Source: Thermodesulfobacteriota bacterium (GTDB taxonomy: Bacteria > Desulfobacterota_D > UBA1144 > Nemesobacterales > UBA2774). Taken from it: a stretch of DNA of 64,000 nt. Location: contig OZ244991.1 in the NCBI GenBank assembly GCA_965223335.1, positions 960,001 to 1,024,000 of the forward strand, in the 5' to 3' direction. This document shows, in pieces, positions 30,231 through 40,107 of the stretch (position 1 is its first letter; each line of letters starts with the position of its first letter). Under the pieces are notes generated by a model, which saw only the letters and a program-made list of their open reading frames with translations, did not search any database and was not told the DNA's origin. Both the position numbers and the translations under genes were made by a program.

Positions 30231-31691
30231 CTACACGCTCGTTTTCAGTACTAGCGACATCTCAAACTTTGTGCTGTTGTTCACAGCGTTTCCCGTCTGG
30301 TTAAGCGCCACGCGCTCAAACTTTCCCGAGCCCGAAAGCGCTTTTTCAATCTTGGCGACATCCTGATAGGAGCCGCACCTGCCCTTAATCTTCACAGTCT
30401 TATCGTTTTCAAACTTCACTTCATCAAGAGTCAAATTCATGCTCTTTGGGATGCTAAGCGATATATCCCTAAGCACATCAAGTGGTGTGGGCCCGCCCTC
30501 TACGCCCTCGATTGTGCGAAGCTTGTTACGGACCTTTGCTACCTCGCTCTCCATAAACTGCTGTGGGCGGGGTATAACCTTAATCTCTGGGAAGGTCTCG
30601 CGCACTATCTCGTCTATCTGGGCCTGCGTTTGATTGACCTCGCTTCTAAGCTCAAAGTAACTGGAGGTAGAGCGATAGAGAAGCACGCAGAGCAGTAGCA
30701 CCAATAAGATTGCCGGGGTCAAAAACAACTTACGAAGCTCACTGTCGCGCCCCTCGTATTTAAACTCGTCCTTTCTATAATTGAGCTTCCCACTCGCAAT
30801 AGAACTGCCGTAAAGAGCCAACGCATACGACTTACCGTGTACACACGAGTTATCTACACCCAGATCCTGTATATACAGTTTTTTGACCTCTCTACCGAGC
30901 CCGCTGCCGAGGTTATCTACAACACCAGGCACAAGTGCGATACTCCCGCTTACCAATATGGATTTAATCTCCTGCCTAAGCTCGGTCTCAAAAAACTGTA
31001 CGGTTCTCCTAACCTCTGCTACCAATGGCCCCAGGCCCTCTTGTAAAGCAGCGTAGGAAGAGTCCGAGTCCACATCGCTCCCGCCACTGCTTGGGTCCAG
31101 TAACCCGGATACATCCAACGACGACGATCTCACCCTCTTAAGCCCAGCGTCATCAAACAGAGAGAAACTCAAGCCGCTCTCGTCCATATTAACCAGCAGT
31201 AGCGGGCGTTCACCCACAAGCTCGTCGTTTAGCGAGGAAAAGGCAAACGGAGTGTAAGTAACAACCTTGGGGTCAAGCCCCCCGCCCTCACAGATATCCA
31301 GAACGTTTTTTATGCTCTCTTTCTCGTATACCGCTACGAGTGCTTCACTGCCGCCCTCTGATTTCACAAGGTGATAGCCATGAATCTTCTCGCCCGGATC
31401 AAACGTAGACACACCCTCAAGCTCAAACTCATAGACCTGATCTATTTTCTTGGGATCGGTAAACGGAAAACTTATGACCCTGACAGATATGGGGCCCTCA
31501 GAAACAGATGCAGCGACATCACCCTTTGGAAGAGAGTTTTCGGTAAAAGCTTTGGATAGAGCACTCGATACGTCTTCGGTGACTGGTACCCTTAGGGTTT
31601 GGAGGAGTTGGAGCTCCCTAAAACCCCTTTTCACCAAACAGAGTCTTACCTCATTTTTACCAAAATCCAGACCTACAAATCTTCCGTACAT
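30231..31691 (-). CDS. GspL / PilM-PilN-like assembly protein
   Basis: VGLDFG actin-like N-terminal domain, single TM, PilN-like periplasmic domain. Confidence 0.75.
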   Translation of the reverse strand: MYGRFVGLDFGKNEVRLCLVKRGFRELQLLQTLRVPVTEDVSSALSKAFTENSLPKGDVAASVSEGPISVRVISFPFTDPKKIDQVYEFELEGVSTFDPGEKIHGYHLVKSEGGSEALVAVYEKESIKNVLDICEGGGLDPKVVTYTPFAFSSLNDELVGERPLLLVNMDESGLSFSLFDDAGLKRVRSSSLDVSGLLDPSSGGSDVDSDSSYAALQEGLGPLVAEVRRTVQFFETELRQEIKSILVSGSIALVPGVVDNLGSGLGREVKKLYIQDLGVDNSCVHGKSYALALYGSSIASGKLNYRKDEFKYEGRDSELRKLFLTPAILLVLLLCVLLYRSTSSYFELRSEVNQTQAQIDEIVRETFPEIKVIPRPQQFMESEVAKVRNKLRTIEGVEGGPTPLDVLRDISLSIPKSMNLTLDEVKFENDKTVKIKGRCGSYQDVAKIEKALSGSGKFERVALNQTGNAVNNSTKFEMSLVLKTSV

Positions 31692-31758
31692 GTTTAAGTA
31701 AGTTACTTAATCTTATGGATTAAATCTAAAGTAAAGGTCTCTCAAAGTCAAATGTATA

Positions 31759-32514
31759 TTAAAGCGCTGTGGCTCTCAACAGACTAAATACGTTCACTAT
31801 TTTTGCCCCATTACCCTTGAGCATCCGAGCACACTCGTTGGTAGTGGACCCAGTGGTAATTACATCATCCAAAAGCAATACCGACCTGCCGTCGAGCCTG
31901 CCTTTATCCGATACCTCAAATGCCCCCCTAACGTTGCGCTTACGCTCGGCCTCGTTTTTAATCTCGAATTGCGGGCGTGTGGGACGCAGTTTTCTAAGTA
32001 AAAAAGGGTCTGTGGGCACACCCAGCTCCCGGCCCACACTCTTTGCGAGTATATGCGACTGATTAAATTCCCTTTCCCTCAGTTTAGTTATATGCAGTGG
32101 CACCGGTACCACAAGATCAATCTCTTCGAAATCCACCGGGTAGTTGTCGACAAGCACTCTGCTCAGTATCTCCGAGAGACCAAGTTTTCCTTCGTATTTA
32201 AAGCCGTGGAGGAGTTCCCTTAGCTTTCCCCGATAAAAAGCAACCGACCTCGCCTTATTAAAAATATACTGCCCCTTAATACACTTCCCGCACAGATGGC
32301 TGTCATCACCCCCGTATTCATCCCCCCAGCTTTCATATCCAAACGGCGTGCCACAGCACACACACTGAGCCCGCTCACCAAGGAGTTCAATTTCCGAAGA
32401 GCAACCCCCACATAGCCCGCTTCCCTCAGCCCTATCCAAAACACTTTCACATACAGGGCATAAGCGCGGGAAAACAAGGTCTAAAACTGCCGATAAACCC
32501 AGAATTGGAGACAC
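31759..32514 (-). CDS. comF: ComF family amidophosphoribosyltransferase-like protein
   Basis: Double zinc ribbon, VPVPLH..REFNQS, LLDDVITTGST PRPP loop. Confidence 0.9.
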   Translation of the reverse strand: MSPILGLSAVLDLVFPRLCPVCESVLDRAEGSGLCGGCSSEIELLGERAQCVCCGTPFGYESWGDEYGGDDSHLCGKCIKGQYIFNKARSVAFYRGKLRELLHGFKYEGKLGLSEILSRVLVDNYPVDFEEIDLVVPVPLHITKLREREFNQSHILAKSVGRELGVPTDPFLLRKLRPTRPQFEIKNEAERKRNVRGAFEVSDKGRLDGRSVLLLDDVITTGSTTNECARMLKGNGAKIVNVFSLLRATAL

Positions 32515-32571
32515 CCCTATTAGATTTAGAAATCAAACACTATCTAAGTATACGGAAAACGACCCGGTTCC

Positions 32572-33672
32572 TCAGACTCTCATCGGCATAATCACCGAAA
32601 CAAAATCCTCGCCCTCAAGCGGTTTTATCACAGCCGGGCTAAGCTCATCTATAAACCCGAGCTTTACACTATCGCTGCCCACAACCTCAAGCACATCTAT
32701 CAAGTACCTAGAGTTAAAACCCAGCTCCACAACATCTCCGTCGTATTCCAAGGGCACCGTTTCCCTAGCCTCACCCACCTCGGGCGAGACCGATAGCAGT
32801 GTAATGCCCTCAGCGTCTAACTTCAATTTCACACTCCTGGTTTTCTCCGACGAGAGTATCGAGACCCTTTTAAGAGCGCTTAGAAACTGATCACGCTCCA
32901 CCACCACGTCTATTTTGGTACTCTCAGGTGTAACCTGCTTATAATCCGGGAACTCGGCATCTATGAGCCTAGTGAAGAGCACTATATCCTCTCCCTCGGC
33001 CATAAAGAAATTATCCCCAAACCCCATGTTAATTTTCTCAGAAAGTTTAAGTATCTTTTTTATCTCACCCACACCCTTTTTAGGCACCACAAGCCCGCCG
33101 TCAAGCACAACCCCTCCCTCTATCACCTTCTCCACAAGCGATAGTCTGTGCCCGTCGGTGGCTACGAGGCGGAGTTTTGAGTCACCTGCGTTTTCAAAAT
33201 ATATCCCCGATAGATTTCTCCTAAGCTCATCCACCGACACCGCAAATATCGTTTTATCTATCATATCTTCCAGGTCTGCACTACCCACACTAAAAGTATC
33301 TCTTGTGTCCACCTCGGGGATCGCTGGGAAATCCTCACTCGGGAGCCCCGCGATTTTAAAACTCGCATAATCCTTCCTTAGCTCCACCCAGTGGTTTCCA
33401 ATCTCCTCAATCTCTACCTCGCCACCCGGAAACTCCTTTATTATCTCAAAGAGCTTTCTAGCCGGTAACGCAATCCCCCCCTCCTTACCTACCTCTGCGT
33501 CACAATGGGTCTTAATACTCGTTTCAAGATCCGTAGTGCTTAGCTCTATTTTAGAGGCCCGGGCCTCTACGAGTACATGCGAGAGAACCGGCATCGTAGC
33601 CCTTCGCTCAGCTATACCCTGTATCAACCCCAGTTTTTGGGAAAACAGGTTTACATCCGTCGTAAATTTCAT
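32572..33672 (-). CDS. dnaN: DNA polymerase III beta sliding clamp
   Basis: TDLE, VATDGHRL, FPDY, GFNSRYL, VIMPMR; downstream of dnaA. Confidence 0.98.
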   Translation of the reverse strand: MKFTTDVNLFSQKLGLIQGIAERRATMPVLSHVLVEARASKIELSTTDLETSIKTHCDAEVGKEGGIALPARKLFEIIKEFPGGEVEIEEIGNHWVELRKDYASFKIAGLPSEDFPAIPEVDTRDTFSVGSADLEDMIDKTIFAVSVDELRRNLSGIYFENAGDSKLRLVATDGHRLSLVEKVIEGGVVLDGGLVVPKKGVGEIKKILKLSEKINMGFGDNFFMAEGEDIVLFTRLIDAEFPDYKQVTPESTKIDVVVERDQFLSALKRVSILSSEKTRSVKLKLDAEGITLLSVSPEVGEARETVPLEYDGDVVELGFNSRYLIDVLEVVGSDSVKLGFIDELSPAVIKPLEGEDFVSVIMPMRV

Positions 33673-33689
33673 TATCTCTACTCCTGTTA

Positions 33690-33920
33690 ATAATTACATA
33701 TACTTAATATTCTATATAGTAGTAATAGTAGTAGGGCCTGTGAATTTGTGGAATCATACCCTTACTCATTTTTATCACTGAAAATTTTGTGTTGATACAT
33801 ATGTTGGTAATTAGTGTGTTTGTCAACATTTGTTAACAAGGCTTAAATCAGTCCTTAACCAAACATTGATTTTTCCACAACCATTCATAGCCTGTATACA
33901 GACCTATAAACTGTTTATCT
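33690..33920. other. Replication origin oriC: unwinding element (AT-rich tract, DnaA-trios, GC spacer, DnaA boxes)
   Basis: TAG-TAG-TAA-TAG-TAG-TAG (33717-33734), GGCC, tandem boxes TGTGAATTT/TGTGGAATC (33739-33755); further degenerate boxes at 33790, 33802, 33820, 33871. Confidence 0.85.
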
Positions 33921-33922
33921 AC

Positions 33923-35425
33923 CTAGCGTATGGACTCTATCTTAGAAGAGAGCGTGTGTATGGTGTTCTTAAAATCCGGGTCGTCTTCAAGCATCCTCTC
34001 TATCTTTTTCACAGCGTGTATCACGGTGGAATGGTCCTTCCCGCCAAACTTCTCACCAATCTCCGGGTAAGATGCCCCTGTATATCTCCTGGACAGATAC
34101 ATTGTGACCTGTCGGGGAAAGGCTATGTTTTTTTGTTTCTTTTCTGATTTTAGGTCCTGCAGTTTTATACCGTAGAACTGAGCCACCTCTTTTTGAATTG
34201 ACTCGATGCTTAGTATCCGGGCCTCTTGCCCCCTGAGCAGGTTTCTGTGCACCTCTTTGGCCAGCTCCACTGTTATCTCGGTTTTAAGCAGTTTAGCGTA
34301 CGCGATTATATTAATCAGAGTGCCCTCAAGCTCCCTTATATTCGAGATGGTGTTTTGTGCTAGGTAAAGCGCTACCTCGTCGGGCATAGGCACGCCCTCT
34401 GATTCCGCCTTGTTTTTTATTATAGCAATCCTGGTTTCGGTCTCAGGGGGTTGGATATCGGTAATAAGCCCCCACTCGAACCGTGATCTCAGCCTCTCTT
34501 CCAGGTAAGACATATCCTTTGGGGATTTATCGCTTGTGAGCACTATCTGTTTCTTAGATTCATAGAGGGTGTTAAAGGTATGGAAAAACTCTTCCTGGGT
34601 GCTCTCTTTGCCGGCAATAAACTGTATATCGTCAATTAGCAGCACATCACAGCCGAACCTGTAACGGTTTCGAAACTCCTCCATCTTATTGGACTTTATG
34701 CTGTTTATAACCTGGTTTGTAAAGTGCTCTGCCGATATGCAGCATATCCTTGCCATGTTAGAGGTCGAATGCAGTATGTGGTTGCCTATGGCGTTTATGA
34801 GGTGGGTTTTACCGAGCCCCACCCCACCGTAAATAAATAGCGGGTTATAGGCCTCGCCCGGTTTCATTGCCACTGCGGTAGAGGCCGCGTGTGCAAACTG
34901 GTTGCTCGGGCCCACTATGAATCTATCAAAAGAGTAGGTCTGGTTGAGGACACCTGTAAATAGCCTGTTTTCTTCGGGTTTGGGCTCTTTTGCTCTCGGG
35001 GGTGCGGGCTCCCTCGGCTTCTCCACAAGCGGTTCAGCCGTAATAATAATCTCCAGTTCCCTCCCCGAGACCTCTTTTACCGTGTCGCTTATAAAATCCA
35101 GGTAGTGGTTATTGATCCAGTCGCGGTCAAACTCGCTTTTCGCTATCAGTGTTAATACCCCGTCCTGCTCACTCAAGGGCTTTAGGTGTGCGAACCAAAA
35201 AAACACCTGGGGATTAGATTTCTTTTTAATCTGCTCGAGTATCTCGTCCCATCTCTGATCCCAGTATGAGTCTGCTTGTGGTTGGTTTGGTACTGATGAA
35301 GAGTCATGGGACCCGGGGTTATCAACAACCGATATACCTTGAGCCGACTCCACCCCTTGGTCATCTGTAAGATCTTGTAGTAGTGATTTGAATTCCCTTC
35401 CCAGGTTGGTAGTTTTTGTTGTCAC
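33923..35425 (-). CDS. dnaA: Chromosomal replication initiator DnaA
   Basis: YNPLFIYGGVGLGKTHL, IDDIQF, QEEFFHTFN, RLRSRFEWGL, KDHSTVIHA; GGAG RBS before the GTG start. Confidence 0.99.
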   Translation of the reverse strand: MTTKTTNLGREFKSLLQDLTDDQGVESAQGISVVDNPGSHDSSSVPNQPQADSYWDQRWDEILEQIKKKSNPQVFFWFAHLKPLSEQDGVLTLIAKSEFDRDWINNHYLDFISDTVKEVSGRELEIIITAEPLVEKPREPAPPRAKEPKPEENRLFTGVLNQTYSFDRFIVGPSNQFAHAASTAVAMKPGEAYNPLFIYGGVGLGKTHLINAIGNHILHSTSNMARICCISAEHFTNQVINSIKSNKMEEFRNRYRFGCDVLLIDDIQFIAGKESTQEEFFHTFNTLYESKKQIVLTSDKSPKDMSYLEERLRSRFEWGLITDIQPPETETRIAIIKNKAESEGVPMPDEVALYLAQNTISNIRELEGTLINIIAYAKLLKTEITVELAKEVHRNLLRGQEARILSIESIQKEVAQFYGIKLQDLKSEKKQKNIAFPRQVTMYLSRRYTGASYPEIGEKFGGKDHSTVIHAVKKIERMLEDDPDFKNTIHTLSSKIESIR

Positions 35426-35480
35426 TTATGTTCTCCATAGGCCGCGACTTGACGCAAAACACACGGACCCCACCCACAAA

Positions 35481-35583
35481 TTATCAACATGTTGTGGATA
35501 ACTTTATTGTTTTAATTGTATATGAAGTTTGCCCACCACCGACGGTATTTTACATCCTAACAGATGGTTAAAGTGATTGTCAA
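35481..35583 (-). promoter_or_regulatory. dnaA promoter with DnaA boxes (autoregulation / upstream origin part)
   Basis: TTATCAACA 35481, perfect TGTGGATAA 35493; minus-strand TTGACA-18-TAGGAT (35583..35554). Confidence 0.7.
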
Positions 35584-35752
35584 GTATTTTTTTAAAATTC
35601 CATGATTACAGAGGGTTAGACAACTTTTTGAGTGCTCGGGACTGTGCAAAATTTGTAGCATTTTTACAGGCAAAAAAACATATGCTACATATATCATATA
35701 TACTTCAAAAAAAGAAAAATTGTATTATGTTAAATGGTTACCCACAGTCTGT

Positions 35753-37012
35753 TTAATTTCCAGCGGTGTTTTCTCCCCGCTCGATGTTTACTCTGCTTAA
35801 AATAACTGCACCAACTACAAAAAACACAATCAAAGATACTATGCTTAGTCTGCTGTTTCCCGTTTGGTCTGCAACAATCGCAAATACAAGCGGCCCCACA
35901 ATTCCCGCAAATTTAGAGCTCGTGCCGTAAAAGCCGTAAAACTCAGCAGTTCTTTCCCGGGGCAGCATCCTGCTAAATAGTGAGCGGCTTAGAGCCTGGG
36001 TGCCTCCCTGCACCGTACCTACCAAAAATGCAAGTATCCAAAAATGCGTGGCGGTCTCCATGTAGTACCCGCCCACAGATATAAGCGTGTAAACGACAAG
36101 CCCGAGCATAATCGAGTTTTTTGTGCCTATGACACCTGCGAGTCGTCCGAATAGTAGTGAGAACGGAATACCCACGAACTGTGTCATCAATAGTGCACCG
36201 ATAAGTGTGGTTTGGTCAATACCGATCTCAGAACCGTATATAGTGGCCATTTTTATAATTGTTCCGATCCCGTCGTTATAAATCCAAAACGCCACCAGAA
36301 AAAGTACCAGGTCGCGGTGCCGTGTAATTTCCCTAGCGGTTTTGTAAATCCTTTTAAACCCCTCGGTAAACGGGTTTATTGCAGAGGATTTAACACTTAG
36401 CCTGGGCTCCTTTATGTTTAGAATTAGAGGGATTGTGAACACTGCCCACCACACTGCCACAGTTACAAACGATAGCCTGACCGCAAGCCCCTTATCCTCC
36501 ATTAACCTTATCATTGCCAGGTTAAGTGCAAGGACAATCCCCCCTCCCAAATATCCCAGTGCATAGCCCTTCGTGGACACCCTGTCTATCTCACCAGGTG
36601 CGGCAATATCGGGCAGTATGGCGTTATAAAACACCTCTGACATGGAAAACCCCACATGCCCCACCACAAACAACATCGATGCCACAAACCAGTCGCCTGT
36701 TTTAATGAAATAGAGTAGTGAGGTAGCAAACACCCCGACCGCCGCAAAGAGCATTAGCAGTCTTTTTTTTATACCCATAAAGTCCGAAACAGCCCCCATC
36801 ACAGGTGCGAGGAGTGCCGTGATAAGCAGGGCCACCGACACCGTATAGCCCCAGTACACAATAGCTTTGTTGCCCCCTAAAACAGAGCCAGCCACCTCGT
36901 TGTAGTACACCGGGAGCACAGCCGATATGACCACTGTGGCAAAGGCCGAGTTACCCCAGTCATATAAACACCAGCTAAGCACTTCACGTCTGTTTTTACC
37001 GCCATTGTTCAT
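35753..37012 (-). CDS. MFS transporter, UMF1/Atg22-like family
   Basis: SWCLYDWGNSAF, GYALGYLGG, GGTQALSRS; 12 TM segments. Confidence 0.88.
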   Translation of the reverse strand: MNNGGKNRREVLSWCLYDWGNSAFATVVISAVLPVYYNEVAGSVLGGNKAIVYWGYTVSVALLITALLAPVMGAVSDFMGIKKRLLMLFAAVGVFATSLLYFIKTGDWFVASMLFVVGHVGFSMSEVFYNAILPDIAAPGEIDRVSTKGYALGYLGGGIVLALNLAMIRLMEDKGLAVRLSFVTVAVWWAVFTIPLILNIKEPRLSVKSSAINPFTEGFKRIYKTAREITRHRDLVLFLVAFWIYNDGIGTIIKMATIYGSEIGIDQTTLIGALLMTQFVGIPFSLLFGRLAGVIGTKNSIMLGLVVYTLISVGGYYMETATHFWILAFLVGTVQGGTQALSRSLFSRMLPRERTAEFYGFYGTSSKFAGIVGPLVFAIVADQTGNSRLSIVSLIVFFVVGAVILSRVNIERGENTAGN

Positions 37013-37113
37013 GGTTTTCTCTCAATCAGCATTAAAGAGTTAGGTTCTAGTATTTTCTCTTAAATGTCCAATATTTTGTAGGGGTTCGTTTATTTAGCTA
37101 AAAGTTAACTAAA

Positions 37114-37145
37114 TGGTAATTATTACCAGATGATAATCAATTGAA
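37114..37145. promoter_or_regulatory. Fur-box-like operator upstream of ferritin
   Basis: Perfect 7-1-7 palindrome TGGTAAT-T-ATTACCA (37114-37128) plus TGATAAT half-site at 37131. Confidence 0.6.
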
Positions 37146-37240
37146 ATAAATCGGTCTTTGTGCAATAATAAATATCTATATAAGAGTGTTTTCAAACCGG
37201 TTAGAAATAAAATAGTACCAAAGTTCAAAGGAGGTTGCAG

Positions 37241-37738
37241 ATGCTAAGTGACGAAGTTGGGGACGCAATCAATAATCAGATCAAAAACGAATACTACTCC
37301 TCATACCTATACCTTTCCATGGCGGCGCACTGCGAGACAATCAACATGCAGGGGTTTGCCAGCTGGCTCCGACAGCAGAGTCAAGAGGAGCTTGCCCATG
37401 CCATGAGATTGTTCGATTTCGTCATAGACAGAGAGGGCAGGGTTGTGCTCCACGCCATAGACAAGCCGCCTGTGGACTTCGGTTCTCTGGTAGAGATGTT
37501 CCAGAGCGTGTATGAGCACGAAAGGGAAGTTACAGGGATGATAAACAGCCTCTATGAGCTCGCAATCAATGAGAACGACCATGCCACCACAGTGGAGCTG
37601 CAGTGGTTCATACGCGAGCAGGTAGAAGAGGAAAAAAGCGCAAAAGACATTCTCGATAAACTCGAACTAGCCGGTGACAGCAGCTCTGCACTCCTAATCT
37701 TGGATCGTCAGCTCGCCGATCGAGGTAGCGCCGAGTAA
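37241..37738 (+). CDS. ftnA: Non-heme ferritin (start placed at ATG 37241 after GGAGG)
   Basis: EYYSSYLYLSMA, EELAHAM, HE, LQWFIREQVEEE ferroxidase residues. Confidence 0.93.
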   Translation: MLSDEVGDAINNQIKNEYYSSYLYLSMAAHCETINMQGFASWLRQQSQEELAHAMRLFDFVIDREGRVVLHAIDKPPVDFGSLVEMFQSVYEHEREVTGMINSLYELAINENDHATTVELQWFIREQVEEEKSAKDILDKLELAGDSSSALLILDRQLADRGSAE

Positions 37739-37968
37739 CATTTGATAAGGGGCGTTTTAAGTTAACGAGCACAAGCCCAAAAGCACCCACTCGTGTAAGC
37801 CGCATCATTTTGGTATTAACTCCGAGTAATCCAGCCGATTACCCTAAAAGGGCTATATCTTAATACTGTGTCGATCCAGCTACACACTTAACAGCAATAA
37901 TATTTTGTGATGTAATCCCCCGTAACTGATATATAATTAATATATTCGTTTAAGGAGCAAATGTAACG

Positions 37969-38868
37969 GTGCGAAAAAACTTCATACTGTACCTACTCTT
38001 AGTACTCGTTTTATTAATTATTCCAGGCCTAACGTTGCCAGGTGCTGCCGAGTCCGAGCAGGGCAACAAAAATTTTCTCTGGAAGGTAAGCAAAGGTGAG
38101 CACCACATATATATTTTGGGCTCCCTCCATCTGCTTAGAAAAGACAACTATCCCCTTAGTGAGTCATTTGATATGGCTTATGAGGAGTCTGACAATATTG
38201 TTTTTGAAGTAGACCCGGGAGTGCTCAAGTTGCCCGAGACGACAAAGATGATGTTATCGAAGGCCACTTTGGAGGGCGATAAAACACTCAAGTCCACACT
38301 CTCGGACAAGTCATATGAGCTCACCAAGTCAAAGCTCGAAGCTCTCGGGCTAAATGTACTTATGCTAAACAAATCAAAGCCCTGGTTCGTCGCCATAACA
38401 ACGGCTGTATATAAGCTAAAGAGCTTGGGTTTCGATGGCGAAAAGGGTGTTGAGACCTACTATTACGAGAAAGCAAACACAGACGGCAAGAAAGTACACA
38501 GCTTAGAGACTGCCGAGTTTCAAATTGATTTACTCTCCGGGTTTCCGCCCGAGATACAGGAAAAACTCTTACTCCAGACCCTAAAGGACCTCGAGGTCAT
38601 AGAGGACTATTTCGATTCCATAGTGTCTTCATGGGAATCGGGCAATACGCGCGAATTCGAGTCTATAGTCATGGATAGTTTCAAAGAGTATCCAACTATA
38701 TACGAAAAATTAATCATCGATAGAAACGACAACTGGCTACCTGTAATAGAGGGCTACCTCGACTCAGACCAAAAATATCTGGTGATTGTGGGTTCGGGCC
38801 ACTTGGTGGGCAAAGACGGCATTATAAGGCGTCTCGAACAAAGGGGATATCAGATCGAACAGATGTAG
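37969..38868 (+). CDS. TraB/GumN family exported protein
   Basis: Signal peptide, LWKV..YILGSLH, LETAEFQ, RNDNW, VGSGHLVG. Confidence 0.88.
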   Translation: MRKNFILYLLLVLVLLIIPGLTLPGAAESEQGNKNFLWKVSKGEHHIYILGSLHLLRKDNYPLSESFDMAYEESDNIVFEVDPGVLKLPETTKMMLSKATLEGDKTLKSTLSDKSYELTKSKLEALGLNVLMLNKSKPWFVAITTAVYKLKSLGFDGEKGVETYYYEKANTDGKKVHSLETAEFQIDLLSGFPPEIQEKLLLQTLKDLEVIEDYFDSIVSSWESGNTREFESIVMDSFKEYPTIYEKLIIDRNDNWLPVIEGYLDSDQKYLVIVGSGHLVGKDGIIRRLEQRGYQIEQM

Positions 38869-38879
38869 ATCCTTATCAT

Positions 38880-40073
38880 CTATGAATCTTTTTTAGTCCT
38901 ATTTTTGATGAGTGTTACGGTACTCCTTATTTCCACTGTCGAGAACTCATTTAAATCCCTAGCAATTGACTTGTCCCAGCTTGGGTCCGAGAGCATAGAG
39001 GTAAGTCTTCGGGTATTAAGCAGCGACACCTGGTCCCAATAGCCTTTACTCTTGATTAGATCTTCCAGTTTTGCTCTGTCTGGGTCTTTGCTATCTGGGA
39101 ATTTAAGGTGCTCTTCTCTTTTTATCTTGGCGGTTTTGTCCGTACCGTACACCCTATCCACATTGTTCGTATCCGAGTACTCAATCAGTTTTGTTTTTGT
39201 GTCGTCTATTTTGTTTTCTATAGTTTTTTTTTGCGACTGAAGCGATGCCAGGGTGTCTACAAGGTTTGTTCCGGTCTCGGTGGGTTTGTCCTTCTCAGGC
39301 AGTTGTTCCACTATAAACTTATGCTTCCACACGGGGCAGGTCTCTTGGTAAGAGCACCAATCACATAGTGCGGATTCATGGGGTTTATAGTCCTTGGCCG
39401 ACTCAATCTCCTCTATCACGGCTATCTTCTCAGCCTTTAGAGCCTCAATCTCCTCAACGCAGCGTGTGGAAGTAATCTCTTTATTAAAGACCAGGTAGTG
39501 CCAGATGAGTTTAACGTCTTTTACGTCTTTCCACATGTTTCTTATGGCCAGTTCATATAGTGCAAGCTGTTTGTCCTCGTCTTTGTCCTTTTGTGAGGGC
39601 AGAGAGCCGTTGGTTTTGTAGTCGTGGATCTCGTATGTGCCGTCCTCCGCAACCGCTATCCGGTCGATAAACCCTACAAGCGTCGAGCCCGATTCCCCGA
39701 GGGGCACGGTGACCTTTTTCTCTGTTGCCAGGGTTTTCGATTCGTCAAAAGGGTAGTGTGTTGAGTAGTACTGTTCGACACATACACGGCCCAGGTTCCT
39801 GTAGTCCCCCACCGACATATTAGCTCTCACAATCTTAATCTCATCGTCCCATTTCGAGTCCCATTTCTTCTGGAAGTATTCAATTAAAGTGTCGAGTGGA
39901 ATAACTTTTGCGCTGATTATTTTTTTATATAGCAGCTCGAGAGCTTCGTGCACACGTGTTCCCATGAACTGTTCTATGGTTTTGAGCTCAGGGATTTTGT
40001 CTATGTACTTAAGTTTGTAACGATAGGGGCATCTTTTATAGGTCGATATCTTGGAGTAGGAATATAGTCCCAT
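38880..40073 (-). CDS. PD-(D/E)XK nuclease, RecB/AddB/Cas4-like, with a probable Fe-S staple
   Basis: SYSK..CP, G..H, IDRI..IHDYKT, QLALY, CDWC..C. Confidence 0.85.
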   Translation of the reverse strand: MGLYSYSKISTYKRCPYRYKLKYIDKIPELKTIEQFMGTRVHEALELLYKKIISAKVIPLDTLIEYFQKKWDSKWDDEIKIVRANMSVGDYRNLGRVCVEQYYSTHYPFDESKTLATEKKVTVPLGESGSTLVGFIDRIAVAEDGTYEIHDYKTNGSLPSQKDKDEDKQLALYELAIRNMWKDVKDVKLIWHYLVFNKEITSTRCVEEIEALKAEKIAVIEEIESAKDYKPHESALCDWCSYQETCPVWKHKFIVEQLPEKDKPTETGTNLVDTLASLQSQKKTIENKIDDTKTKLIEYSDTNNVDRVYGTDKTAKIKREEHLKFPDSKDPDRAKLEDLIKSKGYWDQVSLLNTRRLTSMLSDPSWDKSIARDLNEFSTVEIRSTVTLIKNRTKKDS

Positions 40074-40107
40074 AATGTAATCGCTTCATGCTCAGAGCCT
40101 GGCGGCT

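Noticed and set aside
35426..35752. rpmH divergent from dnaA
   Set aside because: No MKRT..-type basic ORF was found in this spacer.
38880..40073. CRISPR-associated cas4
   Set aside because: No cas1/cas2 or array nearby; the protein is much longer than Cas4.
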